A stretch of 62,425 nucleotides of DNA, the filler included, from Rhabdomonas costata (taxonomy: Eukaryota): NCBI GenBank assembly GCA_019059605.1. It is 38 parts of 38 records of this genome, joined end to end, with 100 filler letters (N's around TTAATTAATTAA, not from the genome) between each part and the next. Parts side by side here need not be neighbours in the genome. Positions count along the whole stretch, not along the records: positions 11,568 to 13,118 come from JAHMHO010013210.1; positions 13,219 to 14,770 come from JAHMHO010013211.1; positions 14,871 to 16,424 come from JAHMHO010013212.1; positions 16,525 to 18,076 come from JAHMHO010013213.1; positions 18,177 to 19,728 come from JAHMHO010013214.1; positions 19,829 to 21,380 come from JAHMHO010013215.1; positions 21,481 to 23,032 come from JAHMHO010013216.1; positions 23,133 to 24,683 come from JAHMHO010013217.1; 30 more parts are not named here. One strand, 5' to 3'. Under the pieces are notes generated by a model. The model did not search any database, had not been told where the DNA came from, and worked only from the letters and a program-made list of their open reading frames with translations. Position numbers and translations under genes: made by a program. Shown here piece after piece: positions 13,074 through 24,362 of the stretch (positions are counted from its first letter, which is position 1; every line of letters starts with the position of its first letter).

Positions 13074-13467
13074 AGGTTGCAGTGCACCCAAAAGCGAAAA
13101 GCAAAAGCCACACAACAANNNNNNNNNNNNNNNNNNNNNNNNNNNNNNNNNNNNNNNNNNNNTTAATTAATTAANNNNNNNNNNNNNNNNNNNNNNNNNN
13201 NNNNNNNNNNNNNNNNNNTGTTGTTGTGTTCTGTTCTGTTCTAGTCCCAGGACTCAGCAAATGGGGTGATGCTTCCGGCCAAAGTCAGTGGTCCTCCCCC
13301 CCTCCCCCCCTTCCCTTTTAGGTGAGGTATGCAACCTGGCCTGGAGAGGATCTGGACGATCGCTGCAGTGCGAAAAAAGGGCTTTTCACTGGCTTCACTT
13401 GCAGCGATTCACGTGCCAGAAATCAACTTCAACTGACACGAGAATGTGCGGTTTCCATTCAGCTTAC

Positions 13468-14333
13468 CTGATTCGCTTCAGAGTGCCATCGGGCTCAAGG
13501 TAGCAAAGAGGACCAGGAGGGTTCCGCTTGCCCTGCTTGTCCTTCTGGGCCTGGCGGTCATCACGGCAGATCACAGTTGCGTAGATCTGGTCGTCCTTCC
13601 ACTTCCCCCCGGTGTTGTTAACGAACTGAATCGTGGTGAAGCGGTCTGGGTTCAGCGGAATCAGAGTGACCTTCTGGTCTCCCTTGGAGGAAGGAATCGT
13701 CACCGGAAACGCCTTGGAATACACCGGCTTCACGTCGGCTTTGGGCTGCTTTTCGCCTGAAGAGGAGGCAGACGTGCTGGAGGCTGAACCCGTAGAAGCA
13801 GTGGAAGGTGGAGCTGAGGCAGCAGTAGTTGGGACTTCAACTGGTGCCACCGCAAATGCCGGCATTGGGGCGGCAGCCAAGAAGGTGGGAAACCCGGGCA
13901 TTAACACGGTTGAAGGAGCTGGTTTCGCACGGGCTGGGACCGACGGATCCGAGGAGGCTCCAGAAGCTCCGTATTGGAATGAAGTTGCTGTGAAGTCCTG
14001 GTCGGACGGCCCAGGAAACCTCTGCTGTCCAATGGCCGGGGTATAAGCATAAAAACGGGCAGCTATCGTATCCCCGTCGGTGTAAGTGGAGGCTGGCTCG
14101 ACGTGGTAATACGTAAATGTTCCGTCTCCGTGATCCTCGAAGGTTCCGTGAAGCCCCGAGGCACCATCTTTGGCCACGTTAACCGCGTCGTTCTTCTTGG
14201 CAAACAGAAACACTTGCTCGCGAGGCCCTTCCAAACGAATGCTGAACTTCACCTCTCCGCCTGGAAGCTTTTCGATCACGGGCTCTCCGATGGCAGATAA
14301 TTTGGAAGGCGAGGCCGCCGCAGGCTTGGACAT
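13468..14333 (-). CDS. Putative beta-1,3-glucanase: CBM-like module, Ser/Ala/Pro linker and N-terminus of a GH64-like domain
   Basis: Single long exon from ATG at 14333 to an AG|GTAAGC donor. IQFVNNTGGKWKDDQIYATVIC...LCYLEPDGTL resembles the start of bacterial GH64. The N-terminal module contains GDGTFTY...GDTIAARFYAY...FPGP. Confidence 0.65.
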
Positions 14334-14987
14334 CTGTTGCGAGCACTTGTGGTGAAGAGAATCTGCAAAGAAAACAGAATCCCTGGGCTTCATATTTCCC
14401 TGGCTTGCCTCAAAAAGCCAAAAACTGGCTTTCCCAAACGCATTCCCACCTACTCGACAACCCATTTGACCCGGGGAATTCCAGGGTTCAGGCGCCCAGG
14501 TGGAGAGCAACATCTGGCTGGTCGATGCGACCAGCTCAGACCTTAGCGGAAATCGCAAGGTGCGAAGGAGGTGGTCACTTTAGCCGAGCCCAGACAGTCC
14601 CGAAATGGAAGCGGAATGCAAAGGCCGTAAGAAAGCGTTTAGTTCCCCAACGCGAACTTTACACCGAAGCGAAATTTTGACCCACCAGCCTCCAAGTGAG
14701 ACCCGGTATGTGATAGATACCCTCAATGAACCCAAAGGTAGCAAATACGCGAAGTGGAGGCCACCAAAACNNNNNNNNNNNNNNNNNNNNNNNNNNNNNN
14801 NNNNNNNNNNNNNNTTAATTAATTAANNNNNNNNNNNNNNNNNNNNNNNNNNNNNNNNNNNNNNNNNNNNTGTTGGTGGTGTGAATCGCGTCTGCTTGGG
14901 GCTTTTCTCTATCTTTCATCATTTTATCCAGTCGGTGTCATCGCGCGTGCTTTGGGTAATATTCTCGCTCCCAAGGATTCTGAAGTG

Positions 14988-15851
14988 ATGAACGGTGGAG
15001 GTGCCCCCGTGGGTGCCTGTCCAGACGTCGCCTTCATCCCCGCAGAGTTTCACTTCCAGGAGTCTTACTATCAGGAGCTCTGCTCTGGACTTGGCGTTGG
15101 CGTTCGCTTTAGTGGCCCAGCTAGGGGCAAGCTTCTGGTGGCTCGCAGAGCTTTTGACGCTGAAGAAGTGCTGTTCCGGGAAAGAAAGTGTGGTGTGGTT
15201 CCCTGTGCATGGTTTCCTGTTCGTTGTTCTTCTTTTTTCGCCTTGTTTTTGATCTCTTTTTTTATTCCATTCTCCCCTTTTGGGAGGCCTCGCTCGCTTT
15301 GCAGTCCTTGGCCACAGAATTTTCGCAAAACTACCCAAGAGCGACATCCTCGCCTCGGCCGCCCTCCCGCTCCGTGGGTTGGCTTTCACATATAAACTTA
15401 ACTTCTCTCGCTCTTACGCCAACTAGCCAGGAAAAACTTCCAATCGGGTAAAGTCAGCCCGCCGACATGGCTGGAAAAGTCACAGCATCCTAGTGTCACA
15501 CCCCAGTAAGCGAATTGTACGGGTCACTCCATGCACCGTCCCGGTTTTGCCTTTGTGTGTGATGTATTTCCGCCTCTGTCTCTCTTTGGTTTACTGTATG
15601 CCTTTATCCTTCGGTTTCATTTTTCTGCTTACTCTCTTTTTGTTGTTTCGTGCTGACGCATTGACTTGACATTGCATTATTGCATCATTAGGGTTGTTTT
15701 TTTTGTGGTATCAGTGGGCGCGCAGAACCTGGACGATAAGCTAGAGAAGGTCAGGGTCTGCGGCAGCTGCCTGTGCTCGCTGGAGAGCGTGCTGCGGAAC
15801 TGCCTACGAATGCGGGAGAAGCTGTCGACTCAGTTGGAGGATGCCGCCAAG
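14988..15851 (+). CDS. SET/MYND lysine methyltransferase (SMYD5-like), N-terminal part
   Basis: Exons ~14988-15192 and 15715-15851 give VRFSGPARGKLLVARRAFDAEEVLFRERKCVGAQ...VCGSCLCSLE, matching the split SET-N and MYND start. Confidence 0.75.
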
Positions 15852-16740
15852 GTGAGCCTGATTTGCGGTCCGCCTATATATATTCGGGTCGTTTTGGGGT
15901 ATCATCCAGCTTTTGCCTCCTTTATGATAGTTATGTTTCGGCATAGGCTAGCTCCGCCCGGATACTGAGAGTCTTTTTCCCTGTTTTTACTGTTTTTATG
16001 CCACTGGTCTCAAAAATGTAGCGTGCGCGGAGATGAGTGCAGGCCGTAGTTGAGGGTTTGGCCTGTGAGGCAAAACACGGCATGGAAACGAGCTTTGCGC
16101 GCCGAGGGCACGGGGATTTTTCGAAGTAAGTCCCCTGTCCTTTCAGATCTTTAGGCACACCGTGCAAGGCGAAGTTTCAGCCAAAACAGTCTTTTTGAAG
16201 GTTACATAGACGTGTTTCGGGTGCACGGCGTGCACCTTCAACGCCAAACATCAGGCGACACACTGACTGCCCTGATTTAGTACCGCTCAAGCCTGAACCT
16301 GCTCCGACAAAACTCTCAGTTTACGGTGGAGCATACTATATTTAAATGACATAACTACAGAATACGATAAGAACCGCTCAAAGCCAAGCCCTCCCCTGCA
16401 ACTCCCAAAACCCACACCAACCACNNNNNNNNNNNNNNNNNNNNNNNNNNNNNNNNNNNNNNNNNNNNTTAATTAATTAANNNNNNNNNNNNNNNNNNNN
16501 NNNNNNNNNNNNNNNNNNNNNNNNTTGGTGATCCAATGAGGATGGGTAGAAACGGGAAGAAAAAAAAGGCAAATACCTTGAACCAAAGTTGATTTCCGAG
16601 TTAAGAAAAAGGAAGAAGAACGAAGCGTTTCACGACATCGGCCGAGTGGAAACACTAGACAAAAATGAGAATTAGATCCGTTGCTCTCGTATACCGTAAA
16701 TGCAAAGTTCGTGGGCGAGGCTGCAGGGAGGGACGGAGAC

Positions 16741-17624
16741 CTCCTCAAGAGCTTCTGGGGAGCTCTGCGTGAAGAAGAGGTTCTTGCCCCGCATCTGCCG
16801 CACAATGCCCTCCAGGTCGGGCTCGAAGAAAGGCAGCTTCTCAGAATTCCATTCCTGCATGGGCGTAGGGAGGAGGGTCGTGGAAGTGGGAGATGGGGAC
16901 CAAATCATCTGCCAGTACTGCTGCGAAGAGCTTTCTTTGCCGACAGGGGGCAGTCACTGAACACCCGGTCACACGGCACAAGCTGAAAAAGCATCATAAA
17001 ATGTCGGTGTACAAAAGTACAGAATTGATAATGGTCATGTTGATACGAACGGAGCACGATGTAGATTACCCAATCAACCCCAGATAAAGACACAGATAAA
17101 GACACAGATAAAGACAGTAATGTTGGCATTTGTCTTTGTTCCAATTGGCTCGTTTGTGTTAGAATCTCTTCCTCAATCACTCTGAGTTTTCTTGATCAAC
17201 TGTGATCTGAAGACCCCCACTTGGGGACATGGGTATGTCCACTGCCGCTTAGGTTTCAGCAGCAGTAGACATTTCATTTTCTGAACCGCACCTTTCTGAC
17301 CGGCGAGCCCGCAAACGGGACTTGAAACACCGCACCCTGTTTCCCTGCAAATTTCCAGCAGGCTGCAGTTCCCACGTCGCAAACATTCGGCGTATATCTG
17401 CCCTGAATGGCACTGACGTTGAGAGAGAGTGAGTGAAGGGATTGAAAACCTTCCACTATGTGGTAGTGTGGTGGTTTGCACGCCTGAATGCGGGCGGGGC
17501 TCAAGAAGTCGGTCTCCATCACAGTGACCTTGATGTCGGGACACTGCTGGGCAAGCACGGCCATGGCCGGGCCTCCGACAAACCCAGCCCCGATGCACAC
17601 CACCTTCGTCCGAAACTCAGCCAT
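16741..17624 (-). CDS. UGDH: UDP-glucose 6-dehydrogenase, N-terminal part, 2 exons
   Basis: Exons 17624-17484 and 16854-16741 give CIGAGFVGGPAMAVLAQQCP...RIQ|EWNSEKLPFFEPDLEGIVRQMRGKNLFF. The intron is GC-AG. Confidence 0.93.
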
Positions 17625-19828
17625 CGCGTCGCACACAGCAAGCCTTCAAAAAACCCACTGGCGTGCTTGCCAAAGAAAAGTTTCAACAGCTTACCAACGT
17701 TCTTCCCAAAAAAAGCGAAGGCAGAAAAATTGCAGCGGCACAGACGGACCCTGGGCATCGCATTGACGTCTGCAATTCCAGCAAGGGACACAAAAAAAGA
17801 AGCTGAAGATCCTAGGCGATGTCCCTTGTTTGTTCTCTCACAACAGAGAAAAAAGCTCATGAAAAAGCGGAGATGGCACACCGTGTAGACGCAATCATCA
17901 CCCCCAAAAAGACGGTGTCTACCAGATATTGTGACTTCCGGTCCTAGAAACCCAGGACCTAGAAACAATCACACAGGTCTGAAAGGAAAGTTGTGTGGGC
18001 ACTGGGCACCGCTGCCACACAACCGATAGCCAACAATTGTCCATGATGCTCATCTTTCACGAATCCACAACAAAAANNNNNNNNNNNNNNNNNNNNNNNN
18101 NNNNNNNNNNNNNNNNNNNNTTAATTAATTAANNNNNNNNNNNNNNNNNNNNNNNNNNNNNNNNNNNNNNNNNNNNGGGTGTGGTTGTGATAATTAACTC
18201 TGCTGACCAAAGGAAGTTTGTTGGGTTAGTGGCAACAAAAAACTACATTTTTCTAATTTTATAATTTAAATTAAAAACGCTGAGGTAAGACATGATCACC
18301 AATTGTGTAGTGATGGTTATGGTGAAACGTTCTCCTTAAGTGCTCCTGTCTAATGCCTTGTTGTTATATTTGGATATTGGAGGACGAGTAGACTGGATAT
18401 GAAAGCTATGGATTAGACTTCCAATTTAAACACTTTTTTACATTATACTACCATACAAAAATACAAAATTCATGTCACTGAGGCACATGCACAAGAGTTA
18501 GTGAAACGTTCAGCATACAAAACAAATAATTTACAATAAGGAACGCGATAGAGATTTGCAGTGGAAACTAAGCGCAAAATGAACAAATTTAAAAGCACGA
18601 AGTACATGTAAATAATAGAAACAGTATTTAAATGTAAATGTTACAAATACGGCATTGGTAGATGGTTTAAAACGTCAGTGGAAGCGTTTGTGGTGGTGTG
18701 GGTCATATCAGATAAATGACTCGGTGGATTTGATGGAGGAGAATTTGTAGAATATGACAACATGCGCGTAATAGTCCTCCAGATCTCCACCTCAGCGATG
18801 AAGTGTTAATGTGATTGATTTGCGTGTGCACGGGTGCAATATGATGGCGCAGAATGTTTATACAACACTCCATCACGCACAGGATGCTTTACTCCAAAAT
18901 TTCCAAGTCTGCGTGCGTGCATGGGACTTGTGTGTTATACATTTGACTCATGTAGGATGCTTGCTGCGAATTTTGCTGAAGTGCCCTTTGCACATGTTGT
19001 ATGGCTTAATTAAAATCAGGTGGATAGTGGATGGTTAGGCAGCGAAGGTTGGAGAGTCTGAGAGTGGTTTTGTACATTTCCAGAAACACACACTATTCAA
19101 TCCGCTAAACAGAGTTCAAACTGTCCATCTGGATAGTTGTATGGTCTGTGTACCGATAATTCAACCCCTTTTTTTTTGCAACATACTGGTAGCAGTTAAA
19201 TGCACAAAAGCGGCCGTAACTCCGACCCCAAGTGCCAATATGGCATCATGGATGGTAATAGATTCGCTGAGCTCTTTGTAGATCAGTATCTGTTCAATGC
19301 ATGGCATCCAAACCAAACTGTGGACAGCTTCCAATCATGCAACCAGCAAATGCAACCAAATGATCACGCAATCGTCCGAGCAATCCCTTTAAAAATAAAC
19401 TTGATCAATTTGCCAAAAATTTCCCGAAAGTGAAAAAACGCAAAGATAGGATGACCCTTTGCAATCTCTGGTCGACTGGTTGGGCGGTCAAATTTGTCCT
19501 TTTGGGCGGCCAACTGATTCTCTTGTGGCGAAACGGCCTTTTCGGGTCGAAAGGTAGTGGTTGCGGGCGATACTTTGTAACGGTCGGTTCCGGGGCTCCT
19601 CCGCCCCTAATGGAGAAGGGAATAACGGTTCTTCTGATGTCAGAAACCGATTCTTCTCCACGACCAAGGATCACTCCTTGCCCGGAAACACGCACTCCCA
19701 CAACATACACTTTCACACACCCCCCACANNNNNNNNNNNNNNNNNNNNNNNNNNNNNNNNNNNNNNNNNNNNTTAATTAATTAANNNNNNNNNNNNNNNN
19801 NNNNNNNNNNNNNNNNNNNNNNNNNNNN

Positions 19829-21241
19829 GGGTGGTTGTACGAGGGACTCCTCCAGTACACGTCCAGGCACCGCCGAAGGACAAACCAGAGCTGTGGAGAA
19901 CCGACGAGCACACCTAGTCTTTAGCAAGAGGCCTTCAGCTCTAAACCCGCTGCGGTGGGTACGCATTGACCTGGGCATCACAGGGAGAGTATGTTACAAA
20001 AGGAAAAAGAGTAGAGGGGGAGGGGACGCCGATTCTGTCCCAGAACCCTCTTCCACTACCTCCCCACAGACACGTTTTTGCGGTATTAAATGCCGCCACG
20101 GCACTCCTTTGCTGCACCATAACTCCCCTCCCGGGCCTCTGTCGCGTGGCGAAACAAAAGTTTGCGAAGCAAACATTTCTTCAGGGGAGGTTGGACCGTG
20201 ATGGTGGTGATGCATCAGAAAATGCCCCCAAACCAGCGCGGAGCACCTCCTGGGGGCAATTCCACAATGCTCACCATTTGAAGTTCGGCAAACGCTGAGC
20301 ATCACGACGAGTGAAAATCGGATGTGCGCCGTTTTCCTTAATCCAAGAGAAAACGAGGAAACGCTTGCTGCACAACGGTATCAGGGGGGCGCTGATCACC
20401 ACACCTGCGTCCCGTAGGACGTAGCGTAGGGACTGTTTCGGGCCCGGGGAGGCGGGCTGCAGCTAGGGTAGCCCACGCTGGCGCTGGCGGCATCTTCGTG
20501 CTTCTCCAGCCCGTAGCTTCGGCTGGAAAGGGAGCCGCAGGAGGTGCTGCGGATCTCCACCTCCATCTCAAGACGCAGCCTGTGGCCCTCAAAGGTGGCC
20601 GCCAGGAGATCCCCACGCTCCCGATTGTGAGACACTCCTGCATGGCGCGCGGGAGGAGAGAAAGGTAAAGGGGGGAGCCGATGGGCCTCGACCTCCATAT
20701 GAAGGACGCGAGTATGGCCTCTTCTCGTCAACCTGCACAGCACAGCACGAAATTGTAGCTCATCCAATATCAAGCGAGATTGTCACAGAGATCGAATTGG
20801 CGGGGAGTCAGCAGGCAGTGCAGATTTTACTACTAAGTAAATGGAAACAAGGTATAAGGGAATCAATCATTCGATAGGAAACGCACATGTATGAATACAC
20901 CCAGAGTTGAAAATCCAGTAGAGGGAAAATTTGCGAGAAAAGAAGACCAAGGGGGAAGTGAATCAAGCTTGATTGGAGGGATTGGAGGGATTGGAGGGAT
21001 AGATAAATGGACAGGAGAGGGGAAGCATCGCGTGGAAGTTCCGAAGCTACGCACGCAAACCGCCGCCAATTTCCTCCAACATCCACGTGGCAGGGTTCAT
21101 CCCGGGCCTCAAAGGATGGATCCCAGGGATGGCCTCGAAGTACTCCTTCACGCACTCGGCGCCTGGGCCCACCGGTCCGAAGTAGATCTGCTTCCCCGAG
21201 TAGTGCAGCAGGAGAAGATAGTCAAAGATCGAAAAGAGATC
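19829..21241 (-). CDS. Full-size ABCG (PDR-type) transporter, NBD2-TMD2 region, 3 exons
   Basis: Exons 21241-21061, 20637-20405 and 19890-19829 give FDYLLLL...IYFGPVG...YFEAIPG...NPATWMLE, YATSYGTQ and YWRSPSYN. Confidence 0.92.
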
Positions 21242-21851
21242 CTGCAAAAAACCATGTTCACAGAAAAAAAGGAAACCTGAACCATTGGCATGTCTTAGCA
21301 CAAGAAACGGAGGCAACTGCACTTCCCAGTGCAATAAAGTGCTGAGCCAACACCCGCGGTACCGCGGTACCCCACAAACCNNNNNNNNNNNNNNNNNNNN
21401 NNNNNNNNNNNNNNNNNNNNNNNNTTAATTAATTAANNNNNNNNNNNNNNNNNNNNNNNNNNNNNNNNNNNNNNNNNNNNGGTGTTGGGTACTGCCGAGG
21501 GGGGTGGTGTACAGTATCATGACAAGAACTTACTTTTTTTAAAAATGCTTTTGACTGCTTCAAGTCCATCTCACACAATGAGAGCATACTGTAGTTGCTT
21601 GCATACCCTCCTCTGTTGAGTGGGTCGCCCAACTACCCCCATTACCCCCACTTGCACCCTCTTTCGCATGCTCATATTTGCAGATGCTCACTCTGCCGCC
21701 ATCCTGTGTTGTCCACTTCTCTTTGAATGCGACAGCGAAGGAAAGAAACGCCCCTTCCTTTTAAAACTTTGGGCAACCTCCGCAACCATTTTTTGGTGAA
21801 GTGCTTCCTCTCATTCCTCTTTTCTCTATCTATCTCTCCTTTCGGTTGCAG

Positions 21852-22572
21852 CGGTCACCCTGGACCTCGGCTGGAACAGACTGGGCAACACAGGCACGGC
21901 GAGTTTGGTCCGCATTCTGCAAACTCAGAGCCACAGCGTCCGCTCTTTAGACCTGTGGTCCAACGAGATCGGGCTGGAGGTACCCCCCCCCTGTTCCTGG
22001 CGATGTTGGGGGTTGGGGTTCGATGGCACACGACAGAAACCGACTGCAGACAACGCTCTTTGCTACTGTGCGAAGGTTCCTATTATGCTAAACGCGTCAT
22101 GTCCCCCCTCATGTTTTATGCCCTGTTTGCAAAAGGAAAGAGTCATTGCCGTGTTCCCTAAAATAAAAAGTTACCTCTTACGAGGGATTTCTTGACATGT
22201 TCTTTACCCAAGAATTAGTTAACAATTGCGCTGGACGGAGTAAACCACTAGTAAAAGATGCCCCCCCCCCACTTCTTTTTGTTGTTAAAAACCCCTGATA
22301 TCACTTATTATGACCGTTTTCAGGCCTTTCTTCTGATCTGCAAATTCCTCTCAAACGCGTTCGAACAAGCGGCTTTTAAGAAAGGGCGATGTCGTCAGCG
22401 AAACGAGCGTGAACGCAGCAGACGCTTTCAACTCCCACGGAATTGTTTGCTTTTTGTGTCAGTTTCTTGTGTGCTGCTGCCTCCCCCACTGGTCTTCATT
22501 GTGATTGCAGGGGGCTATGGCGCTGGCCCACCTGCTGCGGGGAAACTTCACCCTGACCTCCCTCAACCTTAG
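21852..22572 (+). CDS. RNI-like (NLRC3-type) LRR protein, 2 exons
   Basis: Exons 21852-21979 and 22511-22572 give LDLGWNRLGNTG...LDLWSNEIGLE|GAMALAHLLRGNFTLTSLNL, with about 28-29 aa periodicity. Confidence 0.85.
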
Positions 22573-23594
22573 GTGAGTGTGCCTTGTGTGTACGTATGCG
22601 CCGTCCTTGTGTTCCTTTGCGTTTTCATTTGAAGGAGGGCATGATGTCAGTGAGGTGCTCCGCCTTGGGACAGTGACCGCCTTGTGCGGGTTTCTGTATA
22701 ACTTCGCGTTCGGGATCTCCTGCATTCTTGCAGTGTTTACAAGCGGAGGTAGAGACCGCCATGGGTGGGCTCACCCCTTGCTTGTTTTTTGTGCTAATGT
22801 TCACCATGGTTCATCCAAGCTCGCCGTGATTGAGGGCCGGGGGTGTGGCCACTCAAGAGAGCTTGAAAAAAGTAAGAAAAGCCATCCCCCCCCGCTAAGG
22901 CCCAAAAACTGTGTTCCCAATCCCCTTTTTCTTTCTTCCTCTTTCCAGTGCGCCATTTTACCCTCCCACGTACAAGGACCGCACATATTGGATTTGTTTT
23001 CTTTTAATCCACTGTTTTCAGGAAAAACAAACNNNNNNNNNNNNNNNNNNNNNNNNNNNNNNNNNNNNNNNNNNNNTTAATTAATTAANNNNNNNNNNNN
23101 NNNNNNNNNNNNNNNNNNNNNNNNNNNNNNNNTGTTGTGTGGGGAGGAGGGCCACGGGATAAACCTGAGGAACTGTGGGGTACCTGGGTCCAGGGTACTT
23201 CGGATCCGTTCCCGTTCTAGGGAGGGCCTGCGATGGGAGCACATACAGGCCTTTCGGTTTAAGACGTTCGTGCACACTCCGGTGTGTATTGCCGAGAAGT
23301 TGGGAAAGGACTAGGGGAAGAGATGCAGAGGATAACAATTGTGTGGATTTAACAACTGGACGTTCTTTCTTTAGAGACGTGGTTCACAGGATGTGCTTGT
23401 TGACGTTGAATTGTTGTGCTGGGTGCATGTGGAGGGGTGCAGGAGGGGTGCCTCCAGCAGTTTTGGAAGAACTGGAGGATTTGCACTTTTTATGCAATCT
23501 TTCACATCAATGTCGCTCCCCGTGTGCTTTTCTTGGATGCGCTGCCAGAGTTCCATATACTTCATGCTTTCGCTCCTAAAAACGTGTTCTTCAG

Positions 23595-24362
23595 GTGTCG
23601 GATCAGATCTTTTGGAATTCTTTGCATTCTCCGGACGTCCTGGTGGTTGGCAGCGGAGTCTGGGGTGCTGCGCGACTTGGTGTGTGAGGCTTTGCTTATG
23701 GCGCGGAAATGGGCGCCCTGTTTGTATCTGGGTGGATCCCTCGTCTTCAGATGTTTTATTGACGACCCCATCTTGTCTTTTATTGCAGTCATGTGGAATT
23801 CGGCATTGCACGTGTTTCTTGCAGCTCTGAATTCACCGCTCAGAGCATTTGTGGGAAGATCTGTTTAGGGGAGGGGATGCCATTGAAATCGGTATGAAAC
23901 GTGCGCTTTGTGGTTCGTGTGTACTTGTGGTTTTTCCGCCACTGGGCTTGTTGTGTCTTAGGGACACCTTACCCTGGGCAGCTGGAGCCCCAGTTCGAGG
24001 CATTTCTGAGGGAGTTGCAGGTTCATTACCGTGGTCCCATTATTTGGGTAACCACAGGAAATGAAAAAGACCGTTACGCGGTGTGTGCCCGCCTTGGGAA
24101 GGCAGGAACGGCTTTTTCCCGTTCGTGCTACCTGTGCCCCTCGCTGTGATCGTTCGTTCCGCATGGGAGGTTGGGTCTTTACCGCACCATTGCTCGCGCC
24201 AGTGCTTGATGCTTTTGCCTTTTCAGTTTGGCAAGAGTAGTATGTTGCATAATTTCAGGTGAAGCTCATCCAGAAGGGCATGTCTATACATGTTCTGGAC
24301 CGAGCTTGGAGCGTCGCCCCACGTGGAAATGGGCGAGATCGCCCCGGAAAGATCCCTCAGTG
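23595..24362 (+). CDS. SGNH/PC-esterase-like protein fragment
   Basis: Exons 23595-23679, 23962-~24100 and 24259-24362 give PDVLVVGSGVW...GPIIWVTT...IHVLD, resembling PC-esterase family motifs. Catalytic residues were not seen. Confidence 0.45.
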
